Positions 1 through 10,847 of a stretch of 64,000 bases of DNA are shown piece after piece. Every line of letters begins with the position of its first letter. The stretch's first letter is position 1. Both the position numbers and the translations under genes were made by a program. The notes under the pieces were generated by a model that saw nothing but the letters and a program-made list of their open reading frames with translations, had not been told where the DNA came from and searched no databases. The stretch comes from Psammoneis japonica (taxonomy: Eukaryota): contig QPGO01000004.1 of the NCBI GenBank assembly GCA_008632985.1, forward strand, positions 930,001 to 994,000, written 5' to 3'.

Positions 1-696
1 ACAATACGTAACCCAATCCAATACCACTACAAAGATTTCAGAATTGGCCATCCTAAAGTGGGTTTTGACGTAGGGATTTGCCAATTATGGGAGAATTTGA
101 CTTCTTCAGGTCCTGTCGGTCAGGATAACACAACATTTGGCTTTGCTTGTGAAAGGAATGGGCGCTTTGGCGAATTGGGCATCAGCAGTGATTTTCAAAG
201 TTACGTTCGATTTGCCCACCACCGCTGGAACATTTTCACCCGCAATCTGGCTGGAACGCTGGCACCTCAGCACATTTCCATTTCACTTTTTAAGGACTCA
301 CTTAACATGCATAGAAAGGACTTCACTCGCCCGAAGGCCATTGAACAGAACAAGCTCGGGGTCGATGCGCCAGACTACAAGACAGCAATTAAAAACCTTG
401 AAGCGATGCCTCACTTTTCAATATTCGAACGCATGCCTGAGAGCATAGAGCTGCTTTGCTTTACATACTGCTACAATTGCACGGCACTTGGTTTCACGTA
501 CAAGCCGAAAACCCGCAAACATGTGCCGGACGATGTAGCAGAGGTGGCGGGCAAGTACCACAGGTTGGACTTGCTCCTTTATGAACATGCCAACAGGCTC
601 TTGTCACGTCGAATATCATGGATGCGGGAAGCTAAGGCCAAAGGGGTACAGTGTGACATTTTGATCTCTGGATGTGGTTTGATCTGCAAGGATTGA
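1..696 (+). CDS. 5'-partial CDS, possible sulfotransferase-family (Sulfotransfer_2-like) protein
   Basis: Frame is open from base 1 (TIRNPIQYHY...) to TGA at 694-696. FSIFERMPESIELLC and LDLLLYEHANRLLSRRI resemble the C-terminal 'ER..ES..LL / LD..LY..A' pattern of membrane sulfotransferases. Family call is by recollection only. Confidence 0.45.
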   Translation, partial: TIRNPIQYHYKDFRIGHPKVGFDVGICQLWENLTSSGPVGQDNTTFGFACERNGRFGELGISSDFQSYVRFAHHRWNIFTRNLAGTLAPQHISISLFKDSLNMHRKDFTRPKAIEQNKLGVDAPDYKTAIKNLEAMPHFSIFERMPESIELLCFTYCYNCTALGFTYKPKTRKHVPDDVAEVAGKYHRLDLLLYEHANRLLSRRISWMREAKAKGVQCDILISGCGLICKD

Positions 697-1569
697 AATC
701 TTGTTTGGCAAATCTTTCTTGACTCTTGGACATCTCCTTTTTGCCGCGTTTTGGTCCATTTGTAAGCTACTAAGTGCGGATGTCTAGACCTTACCTCGTA
801 TAACTGAATTAAGAACCATGTTGCAAACTGAACAACTATGATTTAGATGGTGATGTGCTTTCCAAAACACGAATAATGTTACGTACTTCTCTCTCAAACA
901 GCTGTTTCGAATTGACGTCCGGAGCTGCAACACGTACTATCAACAACGGTTCGTTGTGTGAAGTGCAAACTTCCACAAACTTTTTCGGATCTGCAACCTA
1001 GGCCTAAAACTGAAACCGAGTAGCTGTCCCACCGACGAGATGGTTAGGTGCGGCCTCATCGGTATGTCAACGCGGTATATGCCCTAGCATCATTCGTGCA
1101 ACCTGGTAGGCCCTAGTAATGTACAATACGCACAAACTTTCTATGTCAAGAAGACGCCGTACACTAGCGAGCCCTCTAGCGCCTAGTTTAATCAAGTTCA
1201 ATGAGCTGTTCTACAGAATTCGTAGCTTTAATAACTGTAGTGCTACAATGGCATTCTGTCTGATGTCAATGTCGGTGTGATCAGTTCTCTTGATTCAGAC
1301 AGTCGCTCGACATTTCTGGGTACTGTAGTTAGCACAGAAGCTCGGCGAAATAGCAGTTAACATTTCGTTCAATGAGACGCTGCTCAGGTAATGATTATCG
1401 AGTGCGACAATTGAATGATCATCTGAAAGTTATGAAAGACGGATTCTAAGTGTCCAACAACTAAGATTGACATGCCAACCTTTCAGGAACTACGGTATGG
1501 TGTCACGTTCGGTAATGTCTCGTCAGCTTCGGTCGCCTCCTGTGCAAATGACGCATACTCCCTTTCTTG

Positions 1570-2205
1570 TCACAACTCTTCAGCTTCAAGTTTCAACTGC
1601 TCATAGGTTTTTGCACCATTCTCAATCAATACATCCTTAATTATATGAAACGGCTTTGTGTTTGGATCGTGTTCGTCTGCCCCCTCCAAGAGTTTATGAA
1701 CTATATCCAACACCGTGACGGGAGCTTCAGTGTCTTTGTTGAGATCAAAATCAGCATTGACGTCTGCACCGTTCTTGATCAAAACTCTAACTGCCTCGTA
1801 ATGACCTCCGTATACATTCCAACTCAAAGGATGCATTCTCAAACCACCTGAAAAAGTTGTTCGTAAATTGGGATCTGCGCCGTTGTCCAACAAAAGCTGC
1901 GTCAACTCGGGACTCCCAGGAATCGCAGCAAGATGGAGGCATGATTCGCCTTCCTCCGTTGTTTTCTTTGACCAACCTATACGATAAGAAACGAAGGATT
2001 ACCAAGGTTCAAAAAATCTAGTTTTGTTAGAGGCTTGAAGTATAATCAAGGCAGGGTCGTTCCTACCTGGATGGGCTTCGAGAGCGGCCTTCACTTCGTC
2101 CACATTCCCGCCAGAGCAGGCCATAAAGAACTCAGAAGGAGGGTCTTCAGCGGTTGAGGCAACTATCAAGGACAATACGAGAACAACAACTTTAAGAGAC
2201 ATCAT
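1570..2205 (-). CDS. Secreted/ER ankyrin-repeat protein (2 exons)
   Basis: Exons complement(2067..2205, 1570..1976). A 90-nt GTAGGA...ATAG intron restores the frame (AHP-G-WSKKTTEEGESCLHLAAI). Hydrophobic signal peptide MMSLKVVVLVLSLIVASTA; ankyrin motifs ESCLHLAA, LLLDNGADPN, VLIKNGADVN; C-terminal EAEEL resembles an ER-retrieval signal. Confidence 0.85.
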
Positions 2206-2539
2206 GGTAAGGTACCGTAGCCACCGATGACCTCGATTTGTTGTTTGCATTTCTCATTTCTGCATTTCTTCAAATTTCTGCACAAAAATCGCACAGCACG
2301 CAACCGCACGAGCTATTTTTTAGTACCTGAAAAGTCCGTACTTTCGTTCGTGCTCCCAGTGCCGGGAATGAAATGCACGACTCGACTCATTCGAGTGTTC
2401 GTGTCACGCGCCGACGTCCGCGTCCCAAGCAAATCCAAACGCGGGGGTATTTTGGGTGTTCAGTGTGCAGTGTGCAAATACTCTTTCGTTTTGCTCTCTA
2501 CCCTTGCTCTACCCGAAACCCTTTCAATCACAAAGCAAG

Positions 2540-4807
2540 ATGAGCGATCGCCTAGACGTCGCATGCACGAATGAGTCCACCAGGGAGGAGAGAACTTTCC
2601 AGGAAAATGTGGGACAGGAACAGCTGGATCTGGACGACAACAGTACTACAGATGTCAACGAAGAAATCGGTTTAGAAGCAATACGAACACCGACACCCCC
2701 GGAAACAAAAGACAACAACAACAGGAGCTCTACAGTAGAGGATATCGAAAGAAAAGGACAGGAAACTCTGGAAGAGGAAGTATCAAGTGATAATGTCTGC
2801 ATTATATGCCACACAAGTGATCATCTTCATTCGTGTTGCGACAACCTGCATGCCATGTGTACCGCTTGCTTCGTGGGCTATCTAAACGCGGAAATGGTCC
2901 CGGATGGAGCATTCGAAGGTGTTCGACAAAGCAAGAATAACGATGTTTCCCCAAGCGGAGCCTTGCCGTGTCCGAAGTTTGTCATTGGAGAATGTTCGAC
3001 TGCCGCCATGTCGCTCACAACACTCTTTGGAGTCCTGCATCTTGACCCCGAAGCTGCCAAGTTGTACTATCTTGCCATGCAGCGAGTGTACTATCACCAG
3101 CATCAACTAGAACACCAGTTGAATTTGCAACAAGAACTGGATAATGGACGGGGTGATGGCGACGATGAGGAGGACGGCGACGCGCAACATGCTGCCGTTA
3201 TTGAAGGTATTCGAACTCGCGTCATGCAAGCTCTGGAACGTGGTGCAGTAGTAAACTGTCCCCAATGTAGCGCACCTGGTATCAAGAACGATGCATGTGT
3301 GCACATGAAGTGCCACTTGTGTGCCACCAGCTGGTGCTACTGTTGTGGAAGACGTCGGACAAATTGTCGAGGGCGCGATTCCGTTTCTCCTTACTTGGAG
3401 CAACAACCCAACTGGGGAACTTTCGGGCTTCAAGGAGAGTCACCGGCTCAGGGTGCCCTTCACGAGTTTCATCGTCAACGACAAGCCTACTTCGTTCAAG
3501 ATGTCAAAGATTCGACGACCCCGTATCAGTGGCGAGAATTCGCAGCTACCTACGCCGAAATCCTGACTAATGTCCCAACCCTTGGAAGACGAGTTACGTG
3601 GAAGGAATTAGAAAGTCCCATTCGGCCACCCGTGTTTGGATCATCCAATGAAGAAGACCTGCTATGGGCTCATCGTCCCCGTCCTGAGGCACCAACAGAA
3701 CTGGAAGACCTTGATACTAGGAACGAGGAAGCACTTCCGATACCTGTACCCGAAACCGTCCTAGCCACATGGTCTGACACCTTTTCTTCTGCAGGAGGCA
3801 AACGGTGGCTATTTCTCACTTTCGCACTTCTGATCCCGCTTAACGCCGTCACCTGGATCCCCCGGCTGAACTTGATGACACCCCTAGGTTTTTTGACGTC
3901 TCTCATATCAGCTACGTGGACATATTCCACGGCACAATTTTTGGTATTGCGCTTCGCAGATTATTGTGAACTTTTTCCTGAGAGAGTTTGGTATTGCTGT
4001 TTGGAAGTCCAGCTCGTCGGACAGCGCCGTCACCGACCGCAAGAGGAGCACGATGATCACGATGACGATGGAGAAGGGGGAGATAGAGAAGGTCCCTACT
4101 ACTCAGCATCTGGACGTTGGAGAAATGAGCGACAGAAGTTTGTAAGAACATCCACGATATGGTATTGTGTGGAAGGATACCTGTTAGCTATTGCCGGGAT
4201 CTACAATATTGCCTTCTTTTTCTACGTGGGAGTCACAGGCTTGGTCTCAAGCGTTCTTTATACCGTGACCAACACCTTTCTCCTCAACGTCAATCCTCTC
4301 CCACCCCTCACGGAGGCTCAGGGACTTCAAGCTCAGAGAACGTATATGTCGGTTTCATTACTTTTGTGGTATTGCCAGTTGTTGATTGGAATGGGAGTAG
4401 CATTGATGGTCGAGACCTTGGAGGTTGGTTCCTTGTTTGCCATGTTTGGCGTGGCATTCATGTTGGCTTTGATTGCCCCCTACGCAGTAAGGAATCGGGG
4501 TTGGCAGAGACCTGCCAGAAGCGGGCGTCTGTGTTCCGTTGGCATCGGAATAGCAGTACTTGCGTACTGCCTGCTATTCTTCTTTGTCTTTTCAAATGGT
4601 GCAGCCTATGCAGCCATCGTGGTAGGCCCCGGGTTTGCTATGCTCTGCTTACACAACGCCCTTTGTATCACACCAAGAAATAACCACAACAATGAAGCCA
4701 ATGAAAATGACGAGGAGGAGGAGGAAGCCAATGTAGAAGATACCAATGATATACGTGTGTTGAACGACGCTGTTGACATTGAACTTGGTCAAACAACAAG
4801 AGGATAA
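2540..4807 (+). CDS. RBR-like RING E3 ubiquitin ligase with multi-pass membrane C-terminus
   Basis: Long single-exon ORF from ATG 2540. RING1-like CIIC...CCDNLHAMCTAC...CP; RING2/Rcat-like CPQC...KNDACVHMKCHLCATSWCYCCG; about 7-8 hydrophobic segments in the last 350 aa; acidic tail. Confidence 0.75.
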   Translation: MSDRLDVACTNESTREERTFQENVGQEQLDLDDNSTTDVNEEIGLEAIRTPTPPETKDNNNRSSTVEDIERKGQETLEEEVSSDNVCIICHTSDHLHSCCDNLHAMCTACFVGYLNAEMVPDGAFEGVRQSKNNDVSPSGALPCPKFVIGECSTAAMSLTTLFGVLHLDPEAAKLYYLAMQRVYYHQHQLEHQLNLQQELDNGRGDGDDEEDGDAQHAAVIEGIRTRVMQALERGAVVNCPQCSAPGIKNDACVHMKCHLCATSWCYCCGRRRTNCRGRDSVSPYLEQQPNWGTFGLQGESPAQGALHEFHRQRQAYFVQDVKDSTTPYQWREFAATYAEILTNVPTLGRRVTWKELESPIRPPVFGSSNEEDLLWAHRPRPEAPTELEDLDTRNEEALPIPVPETVLATWSDTFSSAGGKRWLFLTFALLIPLNAVTWIPRLNLMTPLGFLTSLISATWTYSTAQFLVLRFADYCELFPERVWYCCLEVQLVGQRRHRPQEEHDDHDDDGEGGDREGPYYSASGRWRNERQKFVRTSTIWYCVEGYLLAIAGIYNIAFFFYVGVTGLVSSVLYTVTNTFLLNVNPLPPLTEAQGLQAQRTYMSVSLLLWYCQLLIGMGVALMVETLEVGSLFAMFGVAFMLALIAPYAVRNRGWQRPARSGRLCSVGIGIAVLAYCLLFFFVFSNGAAYAAIVVGPGFAMLCLHNALCITPRNNHNNEANENDEEEEEANVEDTNDIRVLNDAVDIELGQTTRG

Positions 4808-7719
4808 AACGAAGATGCTACCTTATGAGACATCGCTACGACGAAAGGCATGTGACAGCCTCTTGGTGTTACGTATTTCGGTATAATCAAAAAGACACAT
4901 TCTGTGCTAAGAAGTAGCTTGGCGCCAGATCTTGCTCACGAATCAACAATGAACACGTTGGTACGTAGGCAACCCCACTTGCGTTTCTGCAATACACATT
5001 TGCGACTTGGAAATGGGCAATACTCAACAGATAACGATTGACTTGTTACCGCGTACCTCATCGCCTCACAGAGAAACAGATCAATCAACACTCGGTGTTC
5101 TCACTATGAGCTTGTCACGGTAGTTTCAGAAAGAATGAGCTGTTTCAGTTCATCTAGAGGTAACCTTTCTGGCACAAGAGTTGATTTCCGACCGCTGCGG
5201 TAATGCTGAGGTGTAGTGGTTGTCTGATAGATGCGTAGGTGCGAGCGCCACGAAAAATGAAATAGATATGGTCGATGATCACTCGGTATCATATGCAAAT
5301 ATTTGATAGCCCTAATCAATCCGCATTCACACACTCACACTGATACCTCCAAACAGGCGACCAACGGGAGAACATCATTGCGCGTCGAAGGAAATATGAC
5401 TAGATTGAAGCAACCATCATGTTTCGAAGTCGGTGGCAACAAAATCAAATTGAAGCGAGCCCTTTGAAAATTTCTTGATCTGTAGGGCCCTAGACCTTCT
5501 CTCTGAGATGCCTTGCTGTGACATTGCTAGCGATGGTACGGTGCGGCTCAGGCTACGACGACGATGAAGAGCAACCGCGAAATCGTACTGTTCTCGCACA
5601 GCGTGACATGCTTTGACCACTTGAAATGGTACCAGGAGTCGATACCAATTAAACGCGATGGTTCGCCGACTTCCGAGGCTTGCTATGAGGACGCCCAGTG
5701 ATCCTGCGACATATTCGTGATGCTGGACCGATAGCTACAAAGGTGGTCGCACCTGGCGAACGGTGACGGAACTCGCTTTCAAAGACTTCATGAGCATCTT
5801 AGACACACCAAGAACCAATCCACCGCGCTTCAACCAAAGCCTTTACATACTAGGCGTTGTTTCTTGATACATCATCATCGGCCCATGTAGGTAGTACTTC
5901 TGGCGGGGCGGGGCGTGGATCCCACCTACCCACCCACCGGAAATCAGACCCATGTTGCGGAGACAGTGCTATGGGATGGAATGAAACGAGCACAGTGTGA
6001 AAGTTAACGAAAGAACGAATTCGATTGTGCTTGGTTGGTTTTGGAAAACGAGACAAGGGCTTGCCCTTTGATGACGATAGACGCACATTGTTGGATTCGG
6101 AACGACAAGTAGTGAATGCCAAGATTGGAGAATTGTTCAGCTGAGAAGGCATTCAACATCAACTCTAGCCAGGTGATTCGTCACCTCAGAAAGAACATAA
6201 ACGGAGCTTGGTACCATCAGACAAGTAAACTCACAAATTTCGAGTCTTGCGTTTCTCTCTAGAGAGTATTTTTGCTAGCTACTTTAGAATTGACATTCTT
6301 CTGTTGCTCCGCCAGTTCGGCAGAACACTACTTGTATTTCCCTAACAACAAGTGAACACGACGAATCCATACAAAATATGCAGGCGATTAGCACCGAAAT
6401 AGTCCCACACACATCTATGACAAGCCCTGGGGCATACCGTAACGAATACCCTAGCGCGGACCCCATCTGAAAGAAAGAAAGCGGTGCGGTACAAAACAGA
6501 AACGACGGCATGCAGCGAAATCGCATGCGCTACGACCGTCATCGTAGTCTATTGACGTACGTACGGAATTAACCTACACGCAAATAAAGATTGCTATATT
6601 GTACTTCTAGTCTTTCTACTTCTATTGTAAAGGTTGAAATTGTGTTTCAATAAAATTGAAACACACCAATGTCAAAAGTAGCAATTGAAATCGGTTGCGT
6701 AGGGTGACGTTGCCTCAAGAGCTCCATCAAAAGATGGCGCTCAAGCTTTTACGTATCTTCAGAGAGAAAAATATCACTCTAAAAAATGTAAAAGGGGGGA
6801 CGTACTACGGAGACAACAAGAAAACTTGCAAGTCAACCGCGTTCTAAATCAACACTCCCTACGAGTGAAGACTTACCGTATCATGTCCCTGATACGACAG
6901 AACCCCAAACCTGTGTTCCGTCAACAGTATGATCTGCTCGGCGAGCTTTTGCTGCTTCACAGATGAACGCTGCTGCCTATTTCAACAGCCGTGACCTGAC
7001 GGGTCAAGCGAACAGGCAACTTCCTACGCTCAAAGACACGAGAGTGACATGGACTCAAGGCCGGAGAGACGCATTCGATTTGCCCCGACCTCTGGACTTA
7101 ACTGGCAACACCTACGCCACCTGGAGACAACACGTCAACAAGCATGATGAGTTGTGGAACACCAAACAAGAGCTAGCTCTCTATTATCCGCAAGAAGGGC
7201 GAGCCATCCTGGGCGATCGCGGCAATCGTTGCTTGGCGAACAACAACACATCGTGCGAGACAACGAGTTGTGAGCGAAAGAAGAGCGCGAAAGGAAAAAG
7301 CTTTCGAGAGATTTTGTGTGTCGTGACCGTTGCTAAATTTCTCAATCACTATCATTTTGTGTGTATCTTTGTAGAATTACTACTATGATTTCGTATGTAA
7401 AAGATTCGTGGGAACTCGGTACTTTCCAAATTATTACTAATTCCTACGTATACTTTACGGTAACCGTCGAAAATGCAAAGACTTGCCGAGCGACTGACTG
7501 ACGGAAAAATCTTCAAATTTCCAAATCCATCTGGAAATCCAAATTTGAAAATCGCCATCGTCCCCCACAGCAAATTTGATGTTGAAGAGCACAGAATCAG
7601 ATGATGATGAAGGTCCAAGTGAACACAGATTGAAGATAGAAAAACGGAATATTTATCTGAAGAGAAGAAGAAATCGAGACTCTCTAGAGCAAGAGTCAAC
7701 TGAGAAGAATGCAGAGTGA

Positions 7720-8560
7720 AGCAGACACATTTGTCGAGTGGCCGTCATCAGCGGATCCGGAGCTGACGCAATCGCGATCTGCTCGCATTCGAGCTGTGTC
7801 CATCGCGAACGCGTAGAGAAATTGGATGGGACTTTATTCTCCAATTGATCGATGGCCATTTCTTTTAAGTTGCGCTTTTTTGGTGATTGCCAATGTTGCA
7901 CTCTCTTTCTTGTTGCTCGTGGGGTGGCAGTGTGTGAGCCTTGCACAGATTGTGAACCTCAAAAGCTTTGGTTACAATTGGTCCACTCAAGTGCTCACTG
8001 GTTTGTTCACGTGCATGGTGAGAGTCTCATTGCCCTGGAGAATGGCCAACTTTTGGCACACTGTTGGTTGCGGTTCACGGAAGAACACTCCAGGCCTCGA
8101 TCTCTGCGTCCCACCCACCAAAGACATTTGGAACGCAGGTGTCTTCGAACTGTCTTCTTGTTTGTTTGGATTGATTGGCGTGTTGACATGTGCAACGTTG
8201 TGTCTCTTGGCCCTTGTTCCTTCTTTAAAAGCGCGCGACCAATCTGCTGCTGCTGTGAGCTTCAGGCAGAACATGGACTGGAGGTTGCCACATTTTTTTA
8301 AGATGAGTTTCACGTTTGCATTTCTGGCCTTCACACAGATGTCATTGGAGACCATCAGATTACGACGGGTGAATCCAGGGTTCTTTGCGGATGGAGAGTC
8401 TCCCGCCGACATGGTTGAGAAACACTGGAAAAGGCGCTGTTGCCGCATGTTGAATGTGTGGGAAAGCCAAAGATGAAAAACAGTGACGCTGAAATGGGAA
8501 TTGCAGAAAGTGACCTGGGCTGCTTTCTTGGACCAGCTTTGAGTTTGTTGCCTCTTTTTT
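7720..8560 (+). pseudogene. Degenerate membrane-protein gene, tandem copy A
   Basis: ORF 7826..8476 (NWSTQVLTGLFTCMVRVSLPWRMANFWHT...GLDLC.PPTKDIW) is hydrophobic and protein-like but depleted in Tyr codons. It aligns colinearly with 9115-9910. Confidence 0.6.
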
Positions 8561-10600
8561 ATTTCATCACAACCGTTGCCAAATTTCTCAATCACTGTCG
8601 TTTTTGTGTGTCTTCTTTTTGTTGGGGAGAAGCTGCAGTGCTTCTTCCCACAGCAGTGCGCGCACGTGAAGTTCACGTGAAATGTCACCCAGCAGTGTGG
8701 GGAGAGGGACAGACATGGAGCATGTGGGTGGAGCTGAGGAGTCATGCAGGCAGGGAAGGGGGCATGGGTTTGAGAGCGGGGTGAGTGAGCTGAGAGTGCA
8801 GTTTCGTAGAACAGCGTGTGAGTTGGTTGGCAAGGGATTTGGTGATGGCAAAGCTGATGCTTTGCAAACCCCATTGTGCAGGAGTTGTGGTGTGGTGGGT
8901 GAGACCAAAGCGCGCAGATGAGGTGATTTTCCACACAGCAGTGGAGGCAGGCAAAATGGCAGAGGGTGATGATTGGGCATGGGTGCAGAGGTGGCATGGG
9001 CAGTGGGGTGTTGGAAGCAGGATTCAGCAGTCCAGGGAGGGGCAGGTGGGGCAGCAATGGGGTGATCTTGATCTGCGCCAAAGAGGAGGCGGTGGGCAAA
9101 GCAGCCGGGAGCGCCAAAGACATGTTTGTTGAGTCTCACCATCATCAGCAGATCCAGAGCTGACACAATCACGATTGGCTTGCATTTGAGCTTTAGATCC
9201 ACCACAAATGCGCAGAGAAATTGGGTGGGACTGTGTTCTCCAATTGACCGATGGGCATGTGTGAGCCTCGTGTGGATTGTGAACATCAAAAGTTTTGGCA
9301 CACAGTTGGTCTGTTCAAGTGCTTGCTGGTTTGTTCATGCACATGGTGAGAGTCTCGTTGCTTTAGAGAATGGCCAACTTTTGGCACACTGTTGGTTGCA
9401 GTTTGCAGAAGAACACCCCAGGCCTTGATCTCTGCATCTCACCCACCAAAGACATTTGGAACACAGGTGTCCTTTTCGAACTGACTTCTTGTTTGTTCGG
9501 GTTGATTGGTGCACTGGCTTGTGCAATGTTTCATCTCTCATCTCTTGGCCCTTTTGTTCCTTTCTTCATCAAAAGCCTGCAACTCATCTGCTGCTGATGT
9601 GAGCTTCAGGCGGAACATGGACCAGAGGTTGTGACATTTTTTGAGATGAGTTTCACCTTCGCATTTCTGGCCTTCACATGGGTGTCATTGGAGAGACTGT
9701 CAGATCATGGCAGGCAAATCCAGGGTTCTTTGCAAATGGAGAGTCTCCTGCCAACATGGTTGAGAAGCGCTGGAAAAGGCGCTGTTGCCACAAGTTGAAT
9801 TGCGGGAAGGCTGAAGATGAAGACAGCAATGCTGAAATGGAAATTGCAGAAAGCAAGCTGCGCCATCACTTTCTTGGACTGGCTGTGAGTTTGTCACCCG
9901 TTTCATCACAAAGCAGACATTTTGAATCATGAGAATTTTTTGAGGAGCTTCACTTTTCCTTTTTTGTCCTTTGGTTGTTTTGCACCTCCTTCAACTTTGT
10001 TTGTGATGCTTCTGAAGCACAAGCATCTTTCTTGTTCTTGACTGAACCCTTGCTGTTGGGTGTGGTCGTGAGAAGCGCGCCATTGACAATGGTTTGATGA
10101 GTGCTTCCCTTCCCATCAACCGCTCTTCCGTGTGAGACATTTGAACCTTGTTTGTTGTTTGCACATCCAAAAATGCCATGTTGTCCAGTTCATCCAGCTT
10201 GCAATCAGCATCTTTTGCCAATGCTCTGCCACCAAGCTTCTGGCCATTCTTCTTTTTTCTTTTTTTTTCTTCTTCTTTGGCTTTGGCCGCCCTTTGGCTG
10301 CACTGAGATTCCTTGCTTTGAACAGTGTCCAAGGCATGAGCAGCTCTTTCTTTTGCCAAGTTACTCAAGAAACTGTTCATTCCTGACTTTGATGGATCAT
10401 TTGTGTTCACTTCCTTTTGAACTTTCTCTTCTTTGTCATCTTCTGAATCGAGGACGCTCCCGCCCAATTCCAACGCTGCAATGCTGACTTGGCCATTGCC
10501 CGCTCCTCCTCAAAGACATCATCATTGGAAGCATCACTTGCATCACATCTAGAGAGCTGTGCTTACTTCGACAAAAATCATGTCTCAATTCTTTTCTCTT
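7870..10600. other. CpG- and TpA-depleted block 1
   Basis: By-eye counts: 7921-8520 about 21 CpG / 4 TpA; 9301-9900 about 10 CpG / 1 TpA. ORFs here are Cys/His-rich and nearly Tyr-free (one Tyr in the 378-aa ORF 7987..9123). Boundaries are approximate. Confidence 0.85.
9115..9910 (+). pseudogene. Degenerate membrane-protein gene, tandem copy B (more eroded, frameshifted)
   Basis: Colinear with copy A (e.g. MANFWHTVGCSLQKNTPGLDLCISPTKDIWN; NPGFFANGESPANMVEKRWKRRCC). It is split over several frames, and many differences are CG>TG/CA or TA>CA/TG. Confidence 0.65.
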
Positions 10601-10847
10601 GGAACAAACTCATTTGAATGAATCGAATGATCCATTCTTCACCCTTTCGTCAGTCCGTCGTCTCTCCGATTTTGCGCGATTGGCTCAACGTTCGCGCGGG
10701 ATTGGCGGCAGATCGCAGGGCCACAAAATAAAAAAAGATGAGAAATGAGACGACGAGACGACAGCAATAAATCCATAACACAACAAAGCAAGTCCCCATC
10801 ACCGTCACGAAGATTATACGAGTGATCATTCTTTCGTTGTAGTAATC

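Noticed and set aside
5100..7388. Short ORFs including 6963..7388
   Set aside because: No recognisable motif or convincing splice structure; a small gene is possible but unsupported.
8630..9110. G-rich spacer between the tandem copies, faintly MORN-repeat-like
   Set aside because: Too degenerate to support a call.
7987..9123. 378-aa minus-strand ORF and the many other 60-240 aa ORFs inside the depleted blocks
   Set aside because: Explained by absence of TAA/TAG. They overlap in all frames, have aberrant Cys/His-rich Tyr-free composition and show no coherent domain.
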